From: Ignavibacteriota bacterium
Lineage (GTDB): Bacteria > Bacteroidota > Ignavibacteria > UBA10030
Length of the DNA stretch: 64,000 nt
Assembly (NCBI GenBank): GCA_003162695.1
Contig: PMML01000112.1
Span: forward strand, 1,073 to 65,072
Direction: 5' to 3'
Part shown: positions 36,814 to 45,264 of the stretch, piece by piece
Numbering within the stretch: the first letter of the stretch is position 1
Layout: every line of letters starts with the position of its first letter
Translations under genes and position numbers: made by a program
Notes under the pieces: model-generated
What the model was told of the DNA's origin: nothing
What the model saw: the letters and a program-made list of their open reading frames with translations, nothing else
Databases searched by the model: none

Positions 36814-37353
36814 TTAAAACATGTCCAGGCATTTTAGAAAATTTCTTAGTGTCGATACCATATTCGAGGATTCCTTCAATTGGACTTGAAAATTGTAAAA
36901 GAAATCTCCTTCCGGTTTCGTAAAACTTATACGCAATGGCGCATTGGATGCCTTGCAGAGAAACGCGCCGGCAAGCGACAGCGATACGTTCAAATCGACG
37001 GCGGCATCGAATGTATTGGATGCCAAGCGCGTTATGACATCGGTTTTTGGTATAAACCAGCGTGAAACATCTTCTTTCGTATATACCAATGTCTTGACCG
37101 GCGGCGCCGACGATAGAACATGGAGAAAGTCGTTCCGTATTAGTACAAGTATTCCTCTTGCGGAAAAACGGCGCAAAAGATACCGGAGCACCGTTGAAGC
37201 CGAGTCAGCATCGAATTCTTTCTCCGGAAAAATCACGAGAACGCGATGTGCACGAGTCAGAATGTCCGTAAAGTTCACTGCATGATCTTTTTTTCTGCGG
37301 AAATGGAATCGTGCGTAAACCATTCCGATCGTAAAACGAAATTTTTCAAGCAT
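36814..37353 (-). CDS. hypothetical protein (179 aa)
   Basis: The ORF is packed tightly (3-21 nt gaps) between the OM barrel gene and the STAS gene on the same strand. No motif was recognised. Confidence 0.4.
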   Translation of the reverse strand: MLEKFRFTIGMVYARFHFRRKKDHAVNFTDILTRAHRVLVIFPEKEFDADSASTVLRYLLRRFSARGILVLIRNDFLHVLSSAPPVKTLVYTKEDVSRWFIPKTDVITRLASNTFDAAVDLNVSLSLAGAFLCKASNAPLRISFTKPEGDFFYNFQVQLKESSNMVSTLRNFLKCLDMF

Positions 37354-37356
37354 TCA

Positions 37357-38049
37357 TTATGGTTTTTTCTTGAAACGATCCTTTACTGCATTCAGCATCT
37401 TCGTGATGAACGATTGATCGAAGAAATAATAACGGATTTCCAGTCCTATGCGAACGAAGTCGCTGTTCTTTCCTCCGGAAAGACTGTATGGTTCGGTTCC
37501 GCCGTCATACCAAGAAGAATTTGTCATTACATATTCGCCCTTGACGGTCACCGACCAGAATTCGTTGATAAAATAATCGCATCCGCCCCCGACGATATAA
37601 TGGTAATCGAAGCTTGATGCGGCCGATTCTGCTGCACGTGTCCCGTGGGCATTTCTTGGATCGAGCATCACTATGCCCACGCCAGCCATAAGAAACGGAT
37701 TTAACGAACCATTGGGCAGAAAATCCGCGCTGACATAGAGATTATCGTACATCAGAGTGGTCGTAACATTCGCTGGTGTAGGATATTGCGGTGATACGAG
37801 AGTTTTCCAGCCAAGGTATCCCATGCCCATAGTCGAACGAAGTCCGACGCCTTCTGTAATGGAATAAAAAGCACTGATGCCGGCGTCGTACGACATGTTT
37901 GCATTTGCACTAGGCGAGAGGCCTAAAAGATCGGTCCCGTCTGCTTCAACACCGATTCCGAATTTTCCACTTCTTGTTTGAGCTGATGCAACAACGCTAA
38001 AAAAACAAACAAACAGAAGGAAGATTGCTGAACGTTGGAATGAAAACAT
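37357..38049 (-). CDS. outer-membrane beta-barrel protein (OmpA-N/porin-like)
   Basis: The internal start gives the signal peptide 'MFSFQRSAIFLLFVCFFSVVASAQ'. Alternating aromatic/Gly beta-strand patterns follow ('GIGVEADG', 'AGISAFYSI', 'YVSADF', 'WSVTVKGEYV', 'VRIGLEIRYYF'). Confidence 0.6.
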   Translation of the reverse strand: MFSFQRSAIFLLFVCFFSVVASAQTRSGKFGIGVEADGTDLLGLSPSANANMSYDAGISAFYSITEGVGLRSTMGMGYLGWKTLVSPQYPTPANVTTTLMYDNLYVSADFLPNGSLNPFLMAGVGIVMLDPRNAHGTRAAESAASSFDYHYIVGGGCDYFINEFWSVTVKGEYVMTNSSWYDGGTEPYSLSGGKNSDFVRIGLEIRYYFFDQSFITKMLNAVKDRFKKKP

Positions 38050-38088
38050 AGGACTTCCTCCAATATATGGATGATGATTGTCTTGCAT

Positions 38089-40098
38089 TTATTTTGTTAT
38101 TAGTTTAATAAAATTCTTTTCATCGATCAATGGAATTTTTAATAATCGAGCTTTTTTCAACTTCGATCCTGCATCGGCGCCGACGACGACAAAATCGGTC
38201 TTTGTACTTACCAATGAAGAGACTTTTCCGCCCGAGGATTCGATATGCTCTTTTGCCTCGTCACGGGTCATTGTCGTTAAAGCGCCTGTTAGAACGAAAA
38301 CTTTTCCAGACAGGGAACCCGAAGCTGCCTTGGGTTTCTCATTCTCCGCCATCGTCAGCCGGGCTGATTTTAGTCGTCTTACAATCGTTCGGTTATGCAC
38401 ATCGGCAAAAAACCGAACAACACTTTCAGCGATCTGCGGACCTATACCTTCAAGTTCTTTCAGTTCGTCGACACATGCAGATTCTAATTGCTGTATTGTA
38501 CGAAATTTTTTGACAATCCGCTGTGCAATACTTGCACCGACATGCCGGATGCCGAGCGCATAGAGGACACGGTGAAATTTCTGTTTTCTGCTCTTTTCGA
38601 CCGCATCCAGCAGTTTCTGGACGCTTTTTTGTCCCCACCGTTCCTGAGCAAGTAAAATATCCCGATTTTTCTTCAAATCATAGATATCCGCACTGTTTTT
38701 CAGGAGTCCGCAAAGGACGAGCTGTTCTACGTTTGCTTCGCCGAGTCCTTCGATATCCATAGCTCCGCGGCTTGCAAAGTGCTGAATCCTGCCCATGATT
38801 TGTGCGGGACACTCGCTGTTCTCGCAAAAATAATTGGCTTCACCTTCCGGCCGGAATAACTTTGCGCCGCATTCCGGACAGGAATCCGGGAATCCAAAAG
38901 TCTGTGTTCCTTTCTGTCGTTTTTCCAAAACGACACTGCTGACTTTTGGAATAACGTCCCCGCCCTTTTCAACAATTACGTGATCTGTTAAGCGAATGTC
39001 AAGCTTTTTAATATACTCTGCATTATGCAATGTGGCGTGCGTCACAGTTGTACCCCCCAGAAAGACCGGCTCAAGGTCGGCGACCGGTGTAACAGTCCCG
39101 AGCCTGCCGATTTGCAAATGAATTTCGTGAAGGATCGTCTCGGCCTGTCTTGAAGAAAATTTGAATGCCGCAGCCCATCGCGGACTTTTTGCTATTGAAC
39201 CGAGTTGTTCCTGCTGCGCAAGAGCATCGAGCTTAACAACAATGCCGTCGATATCGAACGGCAGTGTATCACGATTCTGTTCCCATGTTTTCCAATACGC
39301 AATGACTTCATCGATGGTCGTGCAGATTTTCGATTGCTTATTCACCGGCAAACCGTATTCCTCCAATACGGCGAGGCAGCGGCTGTGGCTCTGCAGATCG
39401 ATTCCGGGACAACGGAGGTAATAAGCAAAAAAATTCAGCGGCCGCTGGGCAACCAATTTCGGATCCTGAAGTTTCAAAGTTCCCGCAGTCGAGTTTCGGG
39501 GATTCATAAAAGTCTTTTCTCCGGAAAGAAGCCGTTCTTCATTCATGTGTTCAAAATCGGAACGTTTCATAAAAATTTCTCCCCGCACTTCACAAAAATC
39601 CGGAATCGAAGACTGAGTATGAAGCCGCAATGGAATAGACCGGATGGTTTTCAGGTTTTGAGAAATATCATCACCCTGCATTCCATCGCCGCGTGTCGCA
39701 CCGAGCGTCAGGATACCGCGATGGTAATGCAGGGTCACTGCAACGCCGTCGAATTTAAGTTCGCAGACGTACCGGTATGCACCGATTCCCAATGTCTCTG
39801 CAATTCTGCGGTCGAAGGCCCGTATGTCCTCTTCATTGTAAGTGTTGGCCAGACTGAGCATAGGAATAATATGAGTCACGGTAGAAAACTCTTTCAGCGG
39901 ACGGCCGCCTACACGCTGGCTTGGGGAATCGGGAGTGAGGAGATCCGGATGCTGCTGTTCCAGCGAAAAAAGCCTGTGCATCAGGAGATCGTATTCTTCA
40001 TCGGAAATAACGGGCTGGGCGAGTGTGTAATAATGATAATCGTGATCGAGAATCTGATTGCGAAGATATTCGATTTCTTTTTCTGCGTCCAGCGGCAT
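38089..40098 (-). CDS. ligA: NAD-dependent DNA ligase
   Basis: Present are the adenylation motif 'CELKFDGVAV', the Zn finger 'CPECGAKL...CENSECPAQ', HhH repeats and the C-terminal BRCT 'GKVFVLTGALTTMTRDEAK'. Confidence 0.97.
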   Translation of the reverse strand: MPLDAEKEIEYLRNQILDHDYHYYTLAQPVISDEEYDLLMHRLFSLEQQHPDLLTPDSPSQRVGGRPLKEFSTVTHIIPMLSLANTYNEEDIRAFDRRIAETLGIGAYRYVCELKFDGVAVTLHYHRGILTLGATRGDGMQGDDISQNLKTIRSIPLRLHTQSSIPDFCEVRGEIFMKRSDFEHMNEERLLSGEKTFMNPRNSTAGTLKLQDPKLVAQRPLNFFAYYLRCPGIDLQSHSRCLAVLEEYGLPVNKQSKICTTIDEVIAYWKTWEQNRDTLPFDIDGIVVKLDALAQQEQLGSIAKSPRWAAAFKFSSRQAETILHEIHLQIGRLGTVTPVADLEPVFLGGTTVTHATLHNAEYIKKLDIRLTDHVIVEKGGDVIPKVSSVVLEKRQKGTQTFGFPDSCPECGAKLFRPEGEANYFCENSECPAQIMGRIQHFASRGAMDIEGLGEANVEQLVLCGLLKNSADIYDLKKNRDILLAQERWGQKSVQKLLDAVEKSRKQKFHRVLYALGIRHVGASIAQRIVKKFRTIQQLESACVDELKELEGIGPQIAESVVRFFADVHNRTIVRRLKSARLTMAENEKPKAASGSLSGKVFVLTGALTTMTRDEAKEHIESSGGKVSSLVSTKTDFVVVGADAGSKLKKARLLKIPLIDEKNFIKLITK

Positions 40099-40120
40099 AA
40101 CACTTCTCGGTGCGGCAGTC

Positions 40121-40897
40121 TTACTGCCCGTGGAGGTCGGCTTCTGTCAGGATTAAATTGCGAAGGACCGCCCCGCGCTTTCCCAGCATTCCGAGTTCTT
40201 TTCCGTTGAGTTGAAATGTAGCACCCCCGGCATTTCCCATTGTCACAGCGAAACGTTCTTTTGCAGTCCAAGAATATTTCCGATGCGGACCAACCAGACG
40301 AGTTTCCGATTTTGTATTGTCGATTAAAAGGTTGATCCAGACAGAATCGCTCGTCGTCATATTAAGAGTCAGGCTGTCGGTTTTTGGCTGCAGAATAACC
40401 TGCGGCTGCTGCACAGGGTTCTGAGATACGGCAGCCGCCTCGTTTTCTTGAATGACCTTCTCGAACGGAATCTCAGAAGTTTTGGGCGAATGCTGACCGG
40501 GTTGGGAAGTGATTGCAAACCAGGAAGCGATAACGATGATAATGATTGCAAGTCCGGCAATAAAAAACCACATTTGCCGCGGAATAATCCCCCAAGGATC
40601 CGATCCGGTCGAACGCGCTGATAAGGATGCTGATCTTGACGAGGATACAGGAGGCGGAGAGGATAGGGCAATTTCGTTGTATTGGCGAAGTATCTCTTCC
40701 GGTTTGGCGCCAACCATAATACTGTACTCCCGGAGAAACGCACGAACGTACGTCTGGGGAAGCATATGGAACTGTCCGTTTTCTATCGCTGCAAGAAATT
40801 TGATATTGATGCGCGTTTCGGTCGAAATATCCAGAAGAGAGATCTGACGTTCGATTCGAAGCTGCTTTAATCCTTCAGCGAATTGTTCCAAAGTCAT
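40121..40897 (-). CDS. rodZ: RodZ-like cytoskeleton protein (HTH + TM + DUF4115-like C-terminus)
   Basis: It has an XRE-type HTH 'ISLLDISTETRINIKFLAAIENGQF' and 'YVRAFLREY', a single TM 'WFFIAGLAIIIIVIASWFAI', and a C-terminal beta domain. Confidence 0.7.
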   Translation of the reverse strand: MTLEQFAEGLKQLRIERQISLLDISTETRINIKFLAAIENGQFHMLPQTYVRAFLREYSIMVGAKPEEILRQYNEIALSSPPPVSSSRSASLSARSTGSDPWGIIPRQMWFFIAGLAIIIIVIASWFAITSQPGQHSPKTSEIPFEKVIQENEAAAVSQNPVQQPQVILQPKTDSLTLNMTTSDSVWINLLIDNTKSETRLVGPHRKYSWTAKERFAVTMGNAGGATFQLNGKELGMLGKRGAVLRNLILTEADLHGQ

Positions 40898-41020
40898 ACG
40901 TTGTGCATCCGATTGAAGATTGTGAATGTGAAGGTTTGTTAAAGTGTAGTGATTATTTCAGCCACTTTCAAGAAAAGAAATCAGCCTTATTGTTCTTCAA
41001 AAACTTTCTTTGTCCGCAGT

Positions 41021-43258
41021 TCAATTCTTGCCTTCGTCGAGAACGGTCCGGAGAGTTTTAGAAAGTTCTTCAATTTGAAAGGGTTTTTGCAGGAGCGCAT
41101 TCGCATGATCGCGCAGGGGAGAAGTATCGATGATACGGTTGCTGTATCCTGTTGCTATAATGACGCGAACTTGCGGATCAATTTCTTTGAGCTTAAAAAA
41201 GGTCTCCTGTCCGCTCATTCTCGGCATATTAAGATCGAGAATCAACGCATCGAAACGTTTTTTCTTTTTAAAAAGATCAATGGCGGTCAATCCGCTGTGT
41301 ACTGCGGTCACCCGATATCCGATGGACTCAAGCATTTCTGCTATAACACCGGCAACGTCTTTTTCATCGTCGACAATAAGGATACGTTCGTTTCCGTGCA
41401 TAAGTTTTTGCTTCCGGAGAGGCCGCCGAAAAGTATCCGTCACAGGGTGAAGCGGAAGGTTCACGATGAATTCCGATCCGATGCCGGATTGACTATTCAC
41501 AGTGATGAATCCGTTATGCGCATTGACTACACCGTAGACAACGGATAGACCAAGGCCGGTTCCTTTTCCTTGATTTTTTGTCGTAAAAAATGGTTCGAAA
41601 ATATGCTGTAATGTCTCCGTATCCATTCCCGTGCCCGTGTCCGCGATAGAAATGGCAATGTAATTTCCCTCCCGGTGGTCTCCGGTTTTAAGCGTTTCCT
41701 TTTGTACGGCAATCTTCGAGGTCGTGATGGTTACCACCCCCCCATCGGCCATGGCATCCCGAGCATTGATGAGGAGGTTCAAAAGGGCCTGTTGAATTTG
41801 TCCATCGTCTCCATTGATAATGTACGTATCTGCGGAAAAGTTGGTTTTAATCGAGATCGTCTTATCGATGCTTCGCCCGAAAAGATGGAGCGTCTCTTGA
41901 ATAATATCATTGGCAATAATTGGACGGAAGTGTGCCGTGCTTTTTCGTGCAAAAGTCAGCAGCTGCCGGGTCAGAGAAGCTCCTCGTTTTGCTGCAGTTT
42001 CGATGATTTCGACAAAATGATACCATTCACTCTCATGCTTAATCTTGCGCCGCATGATCGCGGTAGATCCAAGGATGCTGGTCAGAATGTTATTGAAGTC
42101 ATGAGCAATTCCTCCTGCAAGATTTCCGATGCTGTCGATGCGCTGCGCATGGATAATCTTGGCTTCCATTTTTTTCTTTTCCGTAATATCTCGGGCAACG
42201 GCACGCATAAGCATCGGTTCTCCTTGTTCGTCCGGAATGAGAGAAGCCTTGATGCTGACGTCAACCGGATCCCCGTTTGCCGTTATAAATTTTTCTTCTA
42301 AATCCTTGATCTCAAAATGATATTTGAATATATCCTGCAGCATTTTGTTGATTGAGTTGTGGTATTCTTTCGGATATAATTTCAAAATTGATTGGCCGAC
42401 GAGGTCTTCTTTCAGATATCCGAGGCGCGCCGCTTCCGTTTGGTTGCAACTGACGATCACTCCGTCTTGATTGACGATATGGGACATATCGGGTGAGTGC
42501 TCAAAGAGGTCTGCGTAGCGTTCTTCCGATTTGACAAGGCGGTCGAACAAAGCGGCGTTTTCCATAGCAATGCCGAGCTGATTGGCAAACGCGGTCATAA
42601 GCTCGACTTGTTTGTGGCTGAAAGCATTTCGTTTTTTGCTTGCCGCAACCATAACCCCGGAAAATTGATCTTTCATGAGAATAGGCGTCGACGCCCATGA
42701 TCCGATCATTCCATATTGCCACAGTTCCGGGGAATTTTTTTTTGATGCATTTTTTCGTTTGACAATTTTAGGATTGAAGACCCATGCAAAACGCTGGTCG
42801 GAAAGATCGATAGAGGAATCGAGCACGGAACGATCGAGTTCTTCCGTACCGCGCTGTGCGCTTAACGAAAGGGTGTTTCCATCGGTTCGGAATATCCATC
42901 CGTATTCAATATCCAGGAGCCGCTGCACTTCGTAGAGGGCGTTTTGAAGCAGAAACTGAATCGTTACCGAGCGGTTCATGGATTCAGTAAATGCGTTCAG
43001 CGCGAGCAGCTCTTGTTTTTGCTCTTCGAAAAGCCGCCCGTATTTAAGCGTGATGGTAACGATGATAAATCCGAATGCACCGACAGTAACGACGCTGCCG
43101 AACAGCAGCCATTCAAGCGTATGTCCGCTTGTCCATCGCAAAACGACAATGGTTATAAGCGAGGCAACAACAACGAACGAGACGATAATCTGGGCCTGCT
43201 CGACGGGTCCCAGGGAGACACGAAATTTTTTAAGGTTTTGGAGGTTGATGCCGAACAT
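41021..43258 (-). CDS. hybrid sensor histidine kinase (2 TM-GAF-PAS-HisKA-HATPase-REC)
   Basis: Present are the H-box 'GIAHDFNNILTSILG', the N/G boxes 'LLNLLINARDAM' and 'GTGLGLSVVYGVV', and a C-terminal receiver 'ILIVDDEKD...LILDLNMPRMSG...LQKPF'. Confidence 0.85.
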   Translation of the reverse strand: MFGINLQNLKKFRVSLGPVEQAQIIVSFVVVASLITIVVLRWTSGHTLEWLLFGSVVTVGAFGFIIVTITLKYGRLFEEQKQELLALNAFTESMNRSVTIQFLLQNALYEVQRLLDIEYGWIFRTDGNTLSLSAQRGTEELDRSVLDSSIDLSDQRFAWVFNPKIVKRKNASKKNSPELWQYGMIGSWASTPILMKDQFSGVMVAASKKRNAFSHKQVELMTAFANQLGIAMENAALFDRLVKSEERYADLFEHSPDMSHIVNQDGVIVSCNQTEAARLGYLKEDLVGQSILKLYPKEYHNSINKMLQDIFKYHFEIKDLEEKFITANGDPVDVSIKASLIPDEQGEPMLMRAVARDITEKKKMEAKIIHAQRIDSIGNLAGGIAHDFNNILTSILGSTAIMRRKIKHESEWYHFVEIIETAAKRGASLTRQLLTFARKSTAHFRPIIANDIIQETLHLFGRSIDKTISIKTNFSADTYIINGDDGQIQQALLNLLINARDAMADGGVVTITTSKIAVQKETLKTGDHREGNYIAISIADTGTGMDTETLQHIFEPFFTTKNQGKGTGLGLSVVYGVVNAHNGFITVNSQSGIGSEFIVNLPLHPVTDTFRRPLRKQKLMHGNERILIVDDEKDVAGVIAEMLESIGYRVTAVHSGLTAIDLFKKKKRFDALILDLNMPRMSGQETFFKLKEIDPQVRVIIATGYSNRIIDTSPLRDHANALLQKPFQIEELSKTLRTVLDEGKN

Positions 43259-43306
43259 AGTTTTTTGCAGCCGAGGCCTTTTTTTCCCGTGTCACCCTAA
43301 AGGGTG

Positions 43307-43678
43307 TTATGCGAGGTATTTTGAAATAATAAAATCGATTTCTTTTTCATTGAACGGTTTGACGATAAAATCGGTGGCGCCGAGATCTCTTGCCGTTTTT
43401 CGTGCGTCAAAATCGTCAATCGCAGAGAAAAAAACGACTGGAATTTTAGCCATGACTGGCAATTGGCGGACTGTATCTAAAAAATCGAACCCGTTCATTT
43501 CAGGCATCCGGACATCGCTTAAAATAATGTCAGGCTTGAACGAAGAAAGCATCTGAAGAGCTTCCGGCCCGCTTCCGACTGTTTTGACAGAATAGCCCCT
43601 ATTCTCCAAAAAACGACGTATCATAAGACGCCATATTTCTTCATCATCGATAACAAGTACATTTCTCTTGATTTTCAT
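43307..43678 (-). CDS. single-domain response regulator (CheY-like)
   Basis: 'VLVIDDEE', 'DIILSDVRMPEMNG' and 'DFIVKPF' are present. I chose the internal Met (MKIKRN). It lies immediately upstream of the hybrid kinase on the same strand. Confidence 0.85.
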   Translation of the reverse strand: MKIKRNVLVIDDEEIWRLMIRRFLENRGYSVKTVGSGPEALQMLSSFKPDIILSDVRMPEMNGFDFLDTVRQLPVMAKIPVVFFSAIDDFDARKTARDLGATDFIVKPFNEKEIDFIISKYLA

Positions 43679-44045
43679 AGTGTCAATAGCTTTATGTGAC
43701 AGCCTCTCCAATGGCAAGATACAAAGACCGGCAAAAGAATGCAATATTCTTGCTCAAAAATATTGCTTTTTGCTGTTCCATTCTCTATATTTAATCTAAC
43801 AATTCACGTACTCCGTTTTCGCTGACGGACCGATGTGTTGTAGTAAAAACAACATCGTGCTTTACAACAGCTTCGGATAGAGTCTCTGTGTTCCACATGT
43901 TAGGATGCTTCACGAGGTCTATCAATAATTGTGAATCGGCCTTCTTTAAGAGGAGGTTCATAATTAATCTGTGAAAAAGCCAAGAACATCTGGCGAACAG
44001 CCTCGGGTACATTTATTAATTCCTCAATAAGAAAGGAAGTTTCCT

Positions 44046-44246
44046 ATGGAGCAGGGAACAGTAAAATGGTTCAACGCCGCAAAAGGCTTTGGATTCATTA
44101 AAAGAAACAATGGCGAAGATGTATTCGTTCATTTCAAAGCAATTGTCGGCGAAGGTTACAAAACCTTAAACGAAGGCGATCGTGTAGAATTCAACGTTGA
44201 ACAAGGCCCCAAAGGCCTGCAAGCCGCACAAGTAAGCAAAGTCTAA
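44046..44246 (+). CDS. csp: cold-shock protein (CspA family)
   Basis: '[15 protein letters not shown]' (RNP1) and 'DVFVHF' (RNP2) are present in a 66-aa product. Confidence 0.95.
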   Translation: MEQGTVKWFNAAKGFGFIKRNNGEDVFVHFKAIVGEGYKTLNEGDRVEFNVEQGPKGLQAAQVSKV

Positions 44247-44277
44247 AAACTTTACTGTTTTGTGAAAAAACTTCAAG

Positions 44278-44305
44278 GCCTCGCATTAATGCGGGGCTTT
44301 TTTTT
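44278..44305 (+). terminator. Rho-independent terminator of csp
   Basis: The hairpin is GCCTCGC-attaat-GCGGGGC, followed by T8. Confidence 0.7.
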
Positions 44306-44489
44306 ATTTGAGATTCTTTCCTGTATCGGTAATTATTTCCACAGTCGTGTTTATCTCGTTCTTTGACGTATATCTTGACTATTCGCCGTTTGGTATCGTA
44401 TTTACAATGTATACCTGATAAGCGGTAATTAATACCGACAAACCTTTGATGAAGCAGCGAATATTGCATTAAATAAGCATCTCAGTATG

Positions 44490-44505
44490 TGGAATGAATT
44501 TTGAA
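44490..44505 (+). promoter_or_regulatory. candidate sigma-54 (-24/-12) promoter upstream of the pilin-like gene
   Basis: TGGAATGAATTTTGAA has GG and TTG at the canonical spacing of TGGCAC-N5-TTGC, but -12 is GA rather than GC. It lies about 62 nt upstream of the ATG. Confidence 0.3.
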
Positions 44506-44566
44506 CATTATTATAGATAAGCAGACCGGAAAAAATATACAAAATTATATATAATAGGAGTACATC

Positions 44567-44962
44567 ATGGGTCAACAACAGCTTTTGCTTATCATCCTCG
44601 GCGTTATTATTGTCGGTATTGCAATCGCCGTCGGACTGAGTCTGTTCAGCGCACAAAGTGTGCAAGCGAACAAAGATGCTATCACTAACGATTTGAATAA
44701 CCTTGCAGCAAATGCATATCAATATCGTATTCGTCCCTCTGCAATGGGCGGCGGTAATAATTCCTACGCCGGGTATACTATTCCGTCAAAATTGCAGACG
44801 AATGAGAATGCGTCATATTCCATTTCCTCTACCGGCGATGCAAACGGAATCGGTTTCATGGGAACTTCTATTCAAAACCCTGGAAACACAGGATCAGTTA
44901 AGATCGGCACGGATGGACGTTCGGTCTCTGGCGGGTGGAGTTACAATGGCGATTTCCAATAA
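44567..44962 (+). CDS. pilin-like small protein with non-canonical N-terminus
   Basis: A strong SD (ATAGGAG) lies 6 nt upstream. The N-terminus 'MGQQQLLLIILGVIIVGIAIAVGLSLFSAQSVQANKDAITNDLNNLAANAYQY' has the hydrophobic-then-amphipathic helix layout of type IV pilins. It lacks the G/FTLIE prepilin motif and Glu5. The C-terminal half is Ser/Thr/Gly-rich. Confidence 0.55.
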   Translation: MGQQQLLLIILGVIIVGIAIAVGLSLFSAQSVQANKDAITNDLNNLAANAYQYRIRPSAMGGGNNSYAGYTIPSKLQTNENASYSISSTGDANGIGFMGTSIQNPGNTGSVKIGTDGRSVSGGWSYNGDFQ

Positions 44963-44984
44963 GATTCTTTTACGTTAGGATTTT

Positions 44985-45019
44985 ATCCCGACTGCCCTTC
45001 GGCGGCCGGGATTTTTTTT
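44985..45019 (+). terminator. Rho-independent terminator of the pilin-like gene
   Basis: The hairpin is ATCCCG..GCC-cttc-GGC..CGGGAT, followed by T8. Confidence 0.7.
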
Positions 45020-45264
45020 GCCCTTTTTCCGAATGGGACATTCCTCTACACTCTTCTCTTCTTTCTCAGCTTCGAGGAACCTGGGGCCGTGCGCCTGCTC
45101 AGCTCTCGTTCTATTAAAACACATGTGAAATATTTATAACACCCCTGCTTTGCTCCGGCGGGACTGAGGATTCAAACAACCATCTTCCGGTATTATTGCC
45201 ATTCTTGTATGGCCAGCAGAAAAAGATCTATGAAGGACAGAATGCTCTCTCCAACAAGAGATTG

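Noticed and set aside
39205-40209. There are very long antisense ORFs. One of 334 aa lies opposite ligA. Others are 4061..4963, 17573..18487, 23485..24231, 24606..25523, 29335..30189, 49418..50347 and 51040..51933, at 248-309 aa each.
   Set aside because: I checked coordinates modulo 3 for all eight. Each antisense ORF is exactly codon-aligned with the sense gene. In that arrangement antisense stops arise only from sense TTA/CTA/TCA codons, which these genes evidently avoid. The sense strands carry unambiguous family motifs, whereas the antisense products are Arg/Cys/Phe-rich and motif-less. These are shadow ORFs, not overlapping genes.
43791-44012. A 73-aa minus-strand ORF lies between the response regulator and csp.
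   Set aside because: It has no motif and no SD. It would leave only 33 nt for the csp promoter and 5' UTR, whereas csp genes normally have long structured leaders. An imperfect hairpin at about 43840-43866 fits a UTR.
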